NCBI GenBank assembly: GCA_963814475.1
Contig: CAWFDA010000044.1
Coordinates: 146,589 to 210,588 of the forward strand
Direction of reading: 5' to 3'
Source of the DNA: an uncultured Bacteroidota bacterium
GTDB taxonomy: Bacteria > Bacteroidota > Bacteroidia > AKYH767-A > OLB10
DNA length: 64,000 bases
The position numbers were made by a program, and so were the translations under genes. The notes under the pieces are model-generated. The model saw nothing but the letters and a program-made list of their open reading frames with translations. It was not told the origin of the DNA and made no database searches. Positions 1-9,829 of this stretch are shown piece after piece (the stretch's first letter is position 1; each line of letters opens with the position of its first letter).

Positions 1-1
1 A

Positions 2-943
2 TTAAGAACTTTAGGTGCCAAAATTGATTATACAGAAACCGAAGGGAAGTTGCCTGTAAAAATTTCGCCCTCAAAATTGATCGGTAACAGTGTTATTTTG
101 AGTGGTGAAATAAGTAGTCAGTTTATTAGTGCGTTAATGTTGGTGGCTCCATATATTTCAGGTGGGTTAAAGATTGAAATGACAGGAGAGATTTTATCAT
201 TGCCTTATATTTTGATGACTAAATCGGTAATGGAGTATTTTGGATCTGTGGTGGATCATAGTGAAAATATTATTTTTATTCACGAAGGGAAATATATTGG
301 TAAAGAAATCACCATCGAACCTGATTGGTCGGCTGCTTCATATTGGTATGAGATTGCTGCATTGTGTGATGATGCCGAAATTTTGCTTCGCGATTTAAAA
401 CCGACAAGCTTGCAAGGTGATTCTGCTGTTGTTGGTATGATGGAAAAGCTAGGAGTGGAGACGAAATTTATTGATGAAGGTGCATTGCTTACTAAGAAAG
501 TTAATTTTAAAACCCCTGATTATTTCAGTGATGATTTTTCAGGTTGTCCCGATTTAGGTCCTGCCGTGACAAATACCTGTGCTGCACTGAATATAACAGC
601 TGATTTAACGGGGTTGAAGAACTTTCGATTAAAAGAATCTGATCGTGCTGCTGCGTTGCAACGAGAGTTGTATAACATGAATATCAAAACCGATTTTTGT
701 GGAGGTTCAAAGTTTAAAGTCTATGCAGGTTCAGGTATTCGACAATATCCCAAACCTATAAAAACCTATAAAGATCATCGCATAGCAATGGCATTTGCTC
801 CATTAGCTTTAAAAACCGGCTCTGTTTTTATTGAAAATCCGGAAGTAGTGAATAAATCTTATCCTCACTTTTTCGAAGATTTAATGCGGGTGGGTTTTGG
901 TGGAGGGTTTAGGGAACACGGATCTAACGGATTTAACGGGTAG
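2..943 (+). CDS. aroA: 3-phosphoshikimate 1-carboxyvinyltransferase (EPSP synthase), C-terminal part; the 5' end lies upstream of the window
   Basis: The frame is open from position 2. The translation (LGAKIDYTETEGKLPVKISPSKLIGNSVILSGEISSQFISALMLVAPYISGG...) matches the EPSP synthase family. Confidence 0.85.
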   Translation, partial: LRTLGAKIDYTETEGKLPVKISPSKLIGNSVILSGEISSQFISALMLVAPYISGGLKIEMTGEILSLPYILMTKSVMEYFGSVVDHSENIIFIHEGKYIGKEITIEPDWSAASYWYEIAALCDDAEILLRDLKPTSLQGDSAVVGMMEKLGVETKFIDEGALLTKKVNFKTPDYFSDDFSGCPDLGPAVTNTCAALNITADLTGLKNFRLKESDRAAALQRELYNMNIKTDFCGGSKFKVYAGSGIRQYPKPIKTYKDHRIAMAFAPLALKTGSVFIENPEVVNKSYPHFFEDLMRVGFGGGFREHGSNGFNG

Positions 944-944
944 A

Positions 945-981
945 AAAACGGATTTGTTTTTACCGTTAAACAAATCCGTTC
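945..981. terminator. Hairpin AACGGATTTGTTT-loop-AACAAATCCGTT between convergent aroA and the phosphatase gene; probably a bidirectional terminator
   Basis: A 12-13-bp inverted repeat read directly from the sequence, lying between two converging gene ends. Confidence 0.45.
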
Positions 982-1018
982 GCATCAGTTGGATCAGTGT
1001 AATCCGTGTTCCTTTCAA

Positions 1019-2662
1019 CTACCTCAAATCGGTTAATACAAATTCAATCACTTTCCCGGTTGTTCCACTGGGATTTTGGATGCCTAAAATTTGAGAAATG
1101 GTAGGGGCAATATCAGTAATATCAACTTCACCTGAATACGTTTTATTTTTAATTTTCCATCCGTAAAAAATTAAAGGTACATGCGTATCATACGCATATC
1201 CTGAGCCATGGTCAGTTCCTTTTAATTGATATTGCAGTAATCCGGGTTCTAAAATAAGTACAATATCTCCCGAACGTTTTTTATTAAACCCTTTCTGCAC
1301 CATAGATCTAATTCCAAAAGTATATTCATTTTTCGAAAGGTCATCAGCAGTTAATACATCAGCAACACCTTTATATTTTAAAACAAATTGACAAATTTCA
1401 TAAGTTATTTCTGAAGTATTTATTTTGAATTCACGAAGTAGTTCATGATTCAAATAATATTGGTTATCATAAAAATATTCAATCCATTTTTGCTGGCCGT
1501 ATTTCGCTATCAGGAACTTATTTAGAGTGTCGTTTAGTACCGAAGTAGAAAACAGACCACCGGGCATTTTATTGTCGGCTAAGAAAGCTACATTTGGAAT
1601 AACAGCATGATCGGCAGTTAGAAAGAAAAGTACATTTCCTTTTCCTGCATACGATTCTATTTCGGAAATTAATTTCGCCAATTCAATATCCAGACGGAGA
1701 TAAGTATCTTCAGTTTCAATGGCATGAGTTCCGAATTGGTGACCTATTTCGTCGGGTGAAGAAAAACTAATGGCCAGTAAATCGGTAAAATCATCTTGTC
1801 CCAATTTTTCCCCTTTCATAGCTTGCACTGCAAATTCCCTTGTCATTATGTTTCCCAAATGACTTTTCCTAATCATATCATAATTATCCGGATCATTCAA
1901 ATGAAAGTTATGAGGGAAAACAGGCTTTGTTTCTCCTCTGTACAACTCTTCATACAAATTATCATCAGGGGTACTTTCAGTATATTGATCGATTGGTAAA
2001 AGAGTGGTCCAAGGTTCTTTTAAGTAATAGGCAGGAAGTTTTTTATTATTGAAATCGGTAACCCAACTAGGTAAAGTTTTGATATAATAGGAGCTGCTGA
2101 TCCAGTTGCCTGTAGCACTCTCATACCAATAAGCACCATTGGCAGCATGACCGGCCGGCATAACTGAACTACGATCTTTAATAGCAACGGAAATAACTTT
2201 CGATCGAAAATTACTTGCCAGCCTAAGTTCATCTGAAATATTAGAACTTATTAAGTTTTTTGGCGACATTTTACCTGAGTAATTTGTGGGAAGTGTACCC
2301 ACACCGGTCACAGTTGTATCATAGGCTGCATAAATTCTTTTTTTGATTCTTTTATCATAATAGTCGTTTCCAATTATGCCATGCACTGCAGGAGTAGTAC
2401 CGGAATAGATACTGGCATGCCCGGGGGCGGTTTTGGTTGGCACATAATTATAATGCGTGTTTGTACAATTGATTCCCTCTCTAATCAGTTTTTTAAATCC
2501 ATTGTCGCCAAACTTACTCCAATAGCGTGTAATATAATCGTACCGCATTTGATCAATTACAATTCCTACTACCAATTTTGGTTTTGGTGTATCCGGATTT
2601 TGAGCAAACAATGAAGTAGTTACTAATAATGGAAATACGAGTAGGAAGAGATTTTTTTTCAT
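1019..2662 (-). CDS. Alkaline phosphatase family protein (PafA / type I phosphodiesterase-nucleotide pyrophosphatase-like), secreted
   Basis: N-terminal signal peptide and the motifs GIVIDQMRYDY and TADHA typical of the AlkP superfamily. Confidence 0.7.
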   Translation of the reverse strand: MKKNLFLLVFPLLVTTSLFAQNPDTPKPKLVVGIVIDQMRYDYITRYWSKFGDNGFKKLIREGINCTNTHYNYVPTKTAPGHASIYSGTTPAVHGIIGNDYYDKRIKKRIYAAYDTTVTGVGTLPTNYSGKMSPKNLISSNISDELRLASNFRSKVISVAIKDRSSVMPAGHAANGAYWYESATGNWISSSYYIKTLPSWVTDFNNKKLPAYYLKEPWTTLLPIDQYTESTPDDNLYEELYRGETKPVFPHNFHLNDPDNYDMIRKSHLGNIMTREFAVQAMKGEKLGQDDFTDLLAISFSSPDEIGHQFGTHAIETEDTYLRLDIELAKLISEIESYAGKGNVLFFLTADHAVIPNVAFLADNKMPGGLFSTSVLNDTLNKFLIAKYGQQKWIEYFYDNQYYLNHELLREFKINTSEITYEICQFVLKYKGVADVLTADDLSKNEYTFGIRSMVQKGFNKKRSGDIVLILEPGLLQYQLKGTDHGSGYAYDTHVPLIFYGWKIKNKTYSGEVDITDIAPTISQILGIQNPSGTTGKVIEFVLTDLR

Positions 2663-2733
2663 TAATTAATCAAATTGCATTGCAAATTACTAAGAATAAA
2701 CTAGAGCATGAATATTTAACAGGGTACGTTAAA

Positions 2734-3108
2734 TCAGAATAACTTTCCTATCCAGATTCCAACACCTATCATGAGCAAACAAGTTATTAAACTGACAGCG
2801 ATATTTAAACTTCCATAAAGGAGCATTCCATTTTTAAAAAGTTCAAATGTTTCGGCACTAAATGTTGAGAAGGTGCTGAATCCACCGCAAAAACCTGCTA
2901 CAATCAGAAATCTCCAGGGGCTGTCGTTCACGATTTTTCCGGAAGCAACTCCAATAAACAATCCTACAATTAAAGAGCTAAGTAGGTTTGCCATAAGAGT
3001 GCCAAATGGAAACGTTGGAGGTAAAACAAACTGCATCCATCGGCCCACACCAAATCGAGCCAGGCTACCTAATCCGCCTCCTACAAATATGGCAAGGGCG
3101 ATATTCAT
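2734..3108 (-). CDS. crcB: Fluoride ion channel CrcB/FluC
   Basis: 124 aa with four TM segments; MNIALAIFVGGGLGSLARFGVG matches CrcB. Confidence 0.8.
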   Translation of the reverse strand: MNIALAIFVGGGLGSLARFGVGRWMQFVLPPTFPFGTLMANLLSSLIVGLFIGVASGKIVNDSPWRFLIVAGFCGGFSTFSTFSAETFELFKNGMLLYGSLNIAVSLITCLLMIGVGIWIGKLF

Positions 3109-3683
3109 TTTCTAAAATGTTTGAGTGGACTATCAAAAATCAATCGATAAATAAGATAGGTGAATCCAGCTGAAAAAACACCTACAATCCAACCGCCGAA
3201 AACATCGGCCGGAAAATGCACTCCCAAATAAATTCTACAATAGCCAACAAGCAAAACCCATGTTAATGTAATTCCTGTTATCCATTTGCTGCTATTTCGT
3301 GCAAGCAGCAATATGTAAGTGAAGAGTGCCATGGTGTTGGCTGCATGTGAGGAAACGAATCCAAATTTACCTCCGCATTTATTTTGTACTATATGTACCA
3401 AAAATGAAAGTGATTCATCATGGCATGGTCGTAAGCGTTCGAAACTATTTTTAATTAATACTGAAATCTGATCACTGGCTACGATCAAAAGCACTACAAA
3501 CAAAATCATATAAAGAGACTGCATTTGAAATTTTTTGATGAGGAATCCTGCCAACAAAATGTAAAGTGGAATCCAAGTGAACTTTTCGGCTATCCACATC
3601 ATCACAGTATCCATAAACGGAGAATTCATCCCATTAAGGACAAGAAAGAGATCACGATCAAAGTTTACCAGGGTCTCGATCAT
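3105..3683 (-). CDS. PAP2 family (phosphatidic acid phosphatase type 2) membrane phosphatase
   Basis: PAP2 motifs are present: RLRPCH (KX6RP), VSSHAA (PSGH) and HFPADV (SRX5HX3D). It overlaps crcB by 4 bp. Confidence 0.7.
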   Translation of the reverse strand: MIETLVNFDRDLFLVLNGMNSPFMDTVMMWIAEKFTWIPLYILLAGFLIKKFQMQSLYMILFVVLLIVASDQISVLIKNSFERLRPCHDESLSFLVHIVQNKCGGKFGFVSSHAANTMALFTYILLLARNSSKWITGITLTWVLLVGYCRIYLGVHFPADVFGGWIVGVFSAGFTYLIYRLIFDSPLKHFRK

Positions 3684-3689
3684 CAGGTA

Positions 3690-4706
3690 TTAATTTGCAG
3701 TTAGTGTTTCCCAAAGAACATCTTTCAATTGCTGAATACCAAATCCTGAAACAGCAGAGATAAATAAAATCGGCACTTTGCTTCCATCACTCATTTTATC
3801 GCGTGGGAATTCTTTTTTTAATGCAGTCATCAATTCATCATCAAGCATATCTGCTTTGGTGATGGCAAGCACTCTTCGTTTATCTAATAACTCAGGATTA
3901 TGTTGTTTCAATTCGTTTTTCAGAATTTTATATTCCTTTTTAATATCTTTTGCATCGGCAGGAACCATAAACAAAAGTGCAGAATTTCTTTCTATGTGTC
4001 TAAGAAAACGCAAACCAAGTCCTTTGCCTAAGTGTGCGCCTTCAATGATGCCGGGAATATCGGCCATGATAAAAGATTTATTATCACGGTAAGCCACTAT
4101 TCCAAGATTCGGAACCAGAGTGGTAAAAGCATAATCTGCTATTTGTGGTTTAGCTGCTGAAACAACTGAAAGCAAAGTAGATTTTCCTGCATTGGGAAGT
4201 CCAACGAGTCCCACATCAGCCATCAGTTTTAATTCCAAAACTTTCCACTCTTCTTTTCCGGGCTCACCGGGTTGAGAGAAGCGAGGAGTTTGTTGTGTTG
4301 GTGATTTAAAAAATGCATTTCCCATACCACCGCGTCCACCGCGAAGAATAATTTCTTCCTGACCTTCATGTTCAATTTCAAAAAGCACTTCTCCTGTTTC
4401 GAAATCTTTCGCAATAGTACCAAGAGGCACTTGCAAAATTTCATCTTTACCATCGGCACCCGTCCTCAAAGCACTACCTCCGGAAACGCCGGGTTCAGCA
4501 ATGATATGTTTTCTGTATTTTAGATGGAGCAAGGTCCAAAATTGTTTGTTACCTCTAACAATAATGTCTCCGCCATCACCACCATTACCACCATCTGGTC
4601 CACCGGTAGCAGTGAGTTTATCGCGGTGTAAATGGGTAGAGCCGGGACCACCTGCACCTGAACGGCAACATATTTTTACATAATCTATAAAGTTAGAATC
4701 GGCCAT
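3690..4706 (-). CDS. obg: GTPase Obg/CgtA
   Basis: An Obg-fold N-terminus (GGNGGDGG glycine-rich repeats) followed by G-domain motifs (GLVGLPNAGKST). Confidence 0.9.
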   Translation of the reverse strand: MADSNFIDYVKICCRSGAGGPGSTHLHRDKLTATGGPDGGNGGDGGDIIVRGNKQFWTLLHLKYRKHIIAEPGVSGGSALRTGADGKDEILQVPLGTIAKDFETGEVLFEIEHEGQEEIILRGGRGGMGNAFFKSPTQQTPRFSQPGEPGKEEWKVLELKLMADVGLVGLPNAGKSTLLSVVSAAKPQIADYAFTTLVPNLGIVAYRDNKSFIMADIPGIIEGAHLGKGLGLRFLRHIERNSALLFMVPADAKDIKKEYKILKNELKQHNPELLDKRRVLAITKADMLDDELMTALKKEFPRDKMSDGSKVPILFISAVSGFGIQQLKDVLWETLTAN

Positions 4707-4721
4707 TGAAAAATAATAGGA

Positions 4722-5303
4722 TTAATTTTTTGGTAAGTTGTCGATAGCTTCACAGAGCAACGAAAAAATTTCATGCACACTTCCTGCTCCTACTATCTCG
4801 GTGTATTTATTTTGTGCTTTGTAATAATTAATAAGAGGTGCTGTTTTAGCATTGTATTCTTCAATGCGCTTACGTATAATTAAAGGATCATTATCATCTG
4901 AACGACCCGAATCTTTTCCTCTATGAAGAATTCTTTTAATTAACTCCTCATCTTCAACATTCAAAGCAAGCATACTCGAAATAGATGTACCTATTTCAGT
5001 TAATAAAATATCAAGAGCAGCAGCCTGTGCATTGGTACGCGGGAATCCATCAAAAATAAAACCATTCGCATCACTATTTTGATTGAGTTTGTTTCGAATC
5101 ATACCAATAACAACTTCATCAGGAACTAAAATTCCCTGATCCATTAATTTTTTTGCTTCCAAACCAAGGGGAGTTCCGTTAGTAATTTCTCCTCTTAAAA
5201 TATCTCCCGTCGACAAATGAACCAGGTTATATTTTTCAATCAAACGTTTCGACTGTGTTCCTTTGCCTGCTCCCGGAGGTCCAAATAATACAATGTTAAG
5301 CAT
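4722..5303 (-). CDS. adk: Adenylate kinase
   Basis: MLNIVLFGPPGAGKGTQ P-loop and Adk family similarity over 193 aa. Confidence 0.9.
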   Translation of the reverse strand: MLNIVLFGPPGAGKGTQSKRLIEKYNLVHLSTGDILRGEITNGTPLGLEAKKLMDQGILVPDEVVIGMIRNKLNQNSDANGFIFDGFPRTNAQAAALDILLTEIGTSISSMLALNVEDEELIKRILHRGKDSGRSDDNDPLIIRKRIEEYNAKTAPLINYYKAQNKYTEIVGAGSVHEIFSLLCEAIDNLPKN

Positions 5304-5312
5304 AATAAAAAA

Positions 5313-5897
5313 TTAAGGTTTCAATACATAAATGTCATTTAAGTTTCTTCCTAATCCGTCGTAATCGAGACCATATCCGACTAAGAAATCGTTAGGTACT
5401 TCAAATCCTACATAATCCGGTTTTACAGGATGTTTTAACGCAGCAGGTTTAAATAATGCAGTGGCCATTTTTATGGAAGCCGGATTCGATTTTTGCAATT
5501 CTTTGAATAAGTGCACTGCAGTTTCTCCTGAATCAACAATGTCTTCAATAACCAAAACATCACGACCTTCAATGTTTTCTTTCAAGCCAATCACACTCGA
5601 CACTTGTCCGCTAGACGTTAGTCCGCCATGATAAGATGAAACACGAATAAAAGTGAGCTCACATTCAAAATTAAAACATTTGAATAAATCTACTGCGAAA
5701 ATTACAGCGCCATTAAGCACACCAATTACAACAGGTTTTTTATCAGCATAATCGCGATTAATTTCCACAGCCAATTCATCAACCCGTTTCTGAATTGTGT
5801 CGGCTGTAATTTTTACAATAAAATCTTTGTCCTTTATTCTCACTTGAGGAACGTTCATAACCAACTGCATAGGATTTTGGGAAAGAATTGGCTGCAA
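5313..5897 (-). CDS. hpt: Hypoxanthine phosphoribosyltransferase
   Basis: PRPP-binding motif VLVIEDIVDSGET; size matches the HGPRT family. Confidence 0.85.
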   Translation of the reverse strand: MQPILSQNPMQLVMNVPQVRIKDKDFIVKITADTIQKRVDELAVEINRDYADKKPVVIGVLNGAVIFAVDLFKCFNFECELTFIRVSSYHGGLTSSGQVSSVIGLKENIEGRDVLVIEDIVDSGETAVHLFKELQKSNPASIKMATALFKPAALKHPVKPDYVGFEVPNDFLVGYGLDYDGLGRNLNDIYVLKP

Positions 5898-6016
5898 GAT
5901 ACTAAAAAGCGTCGGTTTTCAAGCATTTGCTTTGGCAGGATGTAGAATTAAGTAGTTGAATTACAATAATATACAATCTAATAATTCATTCTTTCGAACT
6001 TATAATTAGTTTTGCA

Positions 6017-7181
6017 GTGAAAACAAATACTATGAAATCATTCAAAGGAAGCCAGTTGAGGTTGGGAATTTTAGGGGGTGGTCAGCTTGGTAGAATGCTG
6101 ATACAGAAGGCGATAGATTTCAATATTTCCACTTTCATAATGGACCCTGATCCGGATGCACCCTGCCGTGATTTGTGTACCGGATTTAGATTGGGAAATT
6201 TCAAGAATTTTGAAGAAGTGATGGCTTTTGGCGAATCAATGGATATTATAACCGTTGAAATTGAGCATGTTAACGTTGATGCTTTGGATGAGTTGGAGCG
6301 GATGGGAAAAATGGTTTTTCCGCAACCAAAAATTCTCCGAATGATTCAAGATAAAGGTTTGCAGAAGGAGTTTTATAGGTTGAACAGTATTCCAACTGCT
6401 GAATTCAGGCTTATTGAAAGAGCAGATGAATTGCATGGTTTTAAAGATTTTTTACCTGTCATGCAGAAGATGCGCAAATCGGGTTACGATGGCAAAGGAG
6501 TGACACCATTACGCACCGAAAAAGATTTTGATAAAGCATTTAATGAACCTTCTGTACTTGAAAAATTTATTGATTTCGAAAAAGAAATTGCGGTGATTGT
6601 TTCGAGAAATAGTGATGGAGTAATAAGCAACTATCCTGTTGTGGAACTTGAATTTAATTCAGAAGCAAATTTGGTTGAGTTTTTATATTCACCGGCAAAT
6701 GTTACTTCGGAACAAGAAGCCGAAGCAATTTCTATTGCACGTAAAGTAATCGAAAAATTAAATATGGTCGGCTTGCTTGCAGTAGAAATGTTTGTAACAA
6801 AAGCAAGGAACAATTTTAGTAAATGAAATTGCCCCCCGTCCTCACAATAGCGGACATCAAACAATAGAAGGAAATGTTACCTCACAATACGAACAACATC
6901 TAAGAGCTATCTTCAATCTGTCACCGGGTTCAACGCAAATTACCAGACCTTCGGTAATGGTAAACTTACTTGGTGAAAAGGAGCATACAGGTGAAGCAGT
7001 TTACGAAGGTTTTAATGAAGCCTTGTCGATACCCGGAGTTCACGTACATCTTTACGGAAAAAAAATCACAAAACCCTTCCGCAAAATGGGCCATATAACG
7101 GTGACAGCAGATACGTTGGAAATCGCTACAGAGAATGCGAAGAAAGTGAAGGGTATTCTTCGCGTAATGAGTGGAAAGTAA
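6017..7181 (+). CDS. purK: N5-carboxyaminoimidazole ribonucleotide synthase, split by a +1 frameshift near 6798-6801
   Basis: ORF 6017..6826 has the ATP-grasp N-terminus. The conserved VNEIAPRPHNSGH motif continues in the +1 frame straight after an AAAA run, and the joined length of 388 aa equals a full PurK. Confidence 0.8.
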
Positions 7182-7300
7182 AATTATCGAATAAAAGATG
7201 ATTGTAGCTTAGGTTCATATTTTAGTGACCAGTGACCAATAACCAGTTCGGAAAACTGAGGGCGAGTGGATTTATTTGAAAAGAATTTAATTTTATTTAT

Positions 7301-7810
7301 ATGGCAAAGAAACTTACACCGGTTGTTGGAATAATTATGGGAAGCACCTCTGATCTTTCGGTGATGCAGGCGGCGGCTGATATTTTGGATGAGTTAGGGG
7401 TTTCGTATGAAATTTCTGTTGTCTCGGCACATCGCACTCCGGAGCGTATGTTCGATTATGCAAAGACAGCTGCTACACGAGGATTAAAAGTAATCATCGC
7501 GGGAGCAGGGGGTGCCGCACATTTGCCCGGTATGGTCGCTTCAATCACACCGCTACCCGTTGTAGGTGTTCCTGTGAAATCATCGAATTCAATTGATGGA
7601 TGGGATTCGGTTTTGTCGATTTTGCAAATGCCGAATGGTGTTCCGGTTGCAACAGTAGCCCTTAACGCAGCGCAGAATGCCGGCATCCTCGCCGCACAAA
7701 TAATCGGTACATCAGATAAAAAACTTCAGGCTAAAGTAGCCGCTTTTAAAGAAGGATTGAAGTCGAAGGTGATTAAGGCGGATTCTGAAATGAAAAGGAA
7801 GGGTCATTGA
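7301..7810 (+). CDS. purE: N5-CAIR mutase
   Basis: [12 protein letters not shown] and [11 protein letters not shown] motifs; 169 aa. Confidence 0.9.
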   Translation: MAKKLTPVVGIIMGSTSDLSVMQAAADILDELGVSYEISVVSAHRTPERMFDYAKTAATRGLKVIIAGAGGAAHLPGMVASITPLPVVGVPVKSSNSIDGWDSVLSILQMPNGVPVATVALNAAQNAGILAAQIIGTSDKKLQAKVAAFKEGLKSKVIKADSEMKRKGH

Positions 7811-7817
7811 AAAAAAA

Positions 7818-7985
7818 GTCATTGGGTCATTAAGTCATTGGTCGTTTTTGCTGCGGAAGAGTCATTGGTCATTAGGTCATTAAGTCATTAAGTCATTTGA
7901 CTCGCTGGCGAACGCCGCGTATGACATCCCGTGAGCCCTTGTGCGAACGGGAGAGGAAAGGTCATTAGTCATTTGCCATTCGACT
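7818..7985. repeat. GTCATT-word direct-repeat island; a related copy lies at 36244-36295
   Basis: GTCATTAAGTCATTGGTCG...GCGGAAGAGTCATTGGTCATTAGGTCATT, read directly; about 45/51 positions match the second locus. Confidence 0.7.
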
Positions 7986-8129
7986 CTCTGGTATTTCAAG
8001 TTGTTTGATTCTTAGAATTCAAAAAATAAATTTTTCATCGAAGAAATTTATTTTCCTCTTGAAGTTTTCGGGGATCGGAGATCCCCTTTATTTATTTCAT
8101 CGTGATTGAAAATCCCGATGGGCGGAAAT

Positions 8130-8482
8130 GGTTGAATTCAATGGTTAATTCAATGGTTAATTCAATAGTTAATTAAATGGTTAATCTGAATCAACTACCG
8201 AATTACTACCGAATTAAAACTGAATTACAACCGAATCAACTACTGAATTACAACCGAATCAACTACCGAATTACAACTGAATCACAACTGAATTAACTAC
8301 CGAATTACAACTGAATTGCAACCGAATTACAACCGAATTACAACTGAATCACAACCGAATCAACTACCGAATTACAACTGAATCACAACCGAATTACAAC
8401 CGAATTAACAACCGAATTACAACTGAATTACAACCGAATCAACAACCGAATCAACAACCGAATCAACTACTGAATTAACTAA
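8130..8482. repeat. Tandem array of about 29 imperfect 12-bp units (GGTTAATTCAAT grading into ACAACCGAATTA/ACAACTGAATCA)
   Basis: A strict 12-bp period is visible in the sequence. The array abuts the stop codon of the GH1 gene. Confidence 0.8.
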
Positions 8483-9807
8483 TTTGTATTAATAAATGTG
8501 CTGTAGAATTTTCCACTTTCCTTAATCGTCCTTTTCAAATCATTTTCATAATCGATATGCACTAAACCAAAGCGTGGTCGGTATCCTTCGGCCCATTCGA
8601 AATTATCGGTGAGTGACCACGCGAAATATCCTTTTATATCCACACCTTCATTTCGTGCTTTTAATACTTGTTCGATATTTTTTTTGAAATAATCTTTTCT
8701 TTTAATATCATGTATTTTTCCATCTGTATCAACAACATCTGTGAAAGCGGCTCCATTTTCAGTAACAATTATAGTTGGCAATCCTTCAATTTTGGAAAGG
8801 TTTTTTAGTACTTGGTATATTGATTCAGGATACACTTCCCATCCCATTTCCGTATATGGAACATTACGCTTTTTTGCGCTAACCATTGTGGCTTTAATGA
8901 AAGGAGTAAAATACGAATGTTTCACCACCTCTCTGGTATAGTTTTGGACACCTATAAAATCAAGATCAGCTTTCAATAATTGTTCATCACCGGGAAGCAT
9001 AAATTTTTCAATAGTTTCTAGAAATTTTAAGTTGTTTAATGGATACCCTTTTCCAATAATGGGATATAGAAAAAAATTATTGAGAAGATCATTAACTCTT
9101 TTTGCCGCAAGGTTATCATTTTTTCTTTCAGAAAAAGGAGTAATGAGAGATAATGAAAATGAAGTTCCAATATTGGCATTTTTTATTTCTTTACGGATGA
9201 TTTTTGAGGCAGCGGCATTAGCCAGAACAGCATGATGAGCAGCCGCAACAAAACTTTTTCGACCCCTTCTGCCGGGAGCATGCACACCTAAAAAATATCC
9301 TGCTCCAACGAAGGCCATTGGTTCATTCAAAATGATCCAGTTTTTTACCCGATCGCCAAAATGTTTCATGCAAATTTTGGTGTACTCCGAAAACCAATTT
9401 ATTATTTCACGATTGGTCCAACCACCTTTATTTTCTAATTCCTGTGGTAAATCCCAGTGATAAAGTGTAATCCAGGGTGTAATATTTTTCTCCAGACAAT
9501 AATCAATTAATCGATTGTAAAAATCGATTCCTTTCATATTTATTTCACCGGTTCCGATTGGTAAAATTCTGGGCCAACTTATGGAGAATCGGAAATTTGG
9601 AATTTTGAGTTGAACAATAATATCAATATCTTCCCGGTAACGGTTATAAAAATTAGTTGCTACCGACGGATTAGATCCATCACTAATTTTTTTACGTTGT
9701 GAAGCAAATTCATCCCAAATAGATATTCCTTTGCCATCGTCTACTGTATTACCTTCGGTTTGAGCAGCAGCTGTAGAAACACCCCAATGGAAATCAGAAA
9801 TCGTCAT
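8479..9807 (-). CDS. GH1 family beta-glucosidase
   Basis: Glycoside hydrolase family 1 catalytic motifs LNEP and TENGAA; 442 aa. Confidence 0.85.
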   Translation of the reverse strand: MTISDFHWGVSTAAAQTEGNTVDDGKGISIWDEFASQRKKISDGSNPSVATNFYNRYREDIDIIVQLKIPNFRFSISWPRILPIGTGEINMKGIDFYNRLIDYCLEKNITPWITLYHWDLPQELENKGGWTNREIINWFSEYTKICMKHFGDRVKNWIILNEPMAFVGAGYFLGVHAPGRRGRKSFVAAAHHAVLANAAASKIIRKEIKNANIGTSFSLSLITPFSERKNDNLAAKRVNDLLNNFFLYPIIGKGYPLNNLKFLETIEKFMLPGDEQLLKADLDFIGVQNYTREVVKHSYFTPFIKATMVSAKKRNVPYTEMGWEVYPESIYQVLKNLSKIEGLPTIIVTENGAAFTDVVDTDGKIHDIKRKDYFKKNIEQVLKARNEGVDIKGYFAWSLTDNFEWAEGYRPRFGLVHIDYENDLKRTIKESGKFYSTFINTN

Positions 9808-9829
9808 GAGCTGAAATTACATAAAAATA

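Noticed and set aside
1796-2614. Small plus-strand ORFs (67-77 aa) inside the alkaline phosphatase gene; similar antisense ORFs occur inside obg, nuoL (54250-54618), the 1142-aa gene and elsewhere
   Set aside because: They are antisense to well-supported longer genes, have low-complexity composition and no recognisable motifs.
8130-8482. Possible CRISPR or coding repeat protein
   Set aside because: The 12-bp units are contiguous with no spacers, and every frame is interrupted or lacks a start codon.
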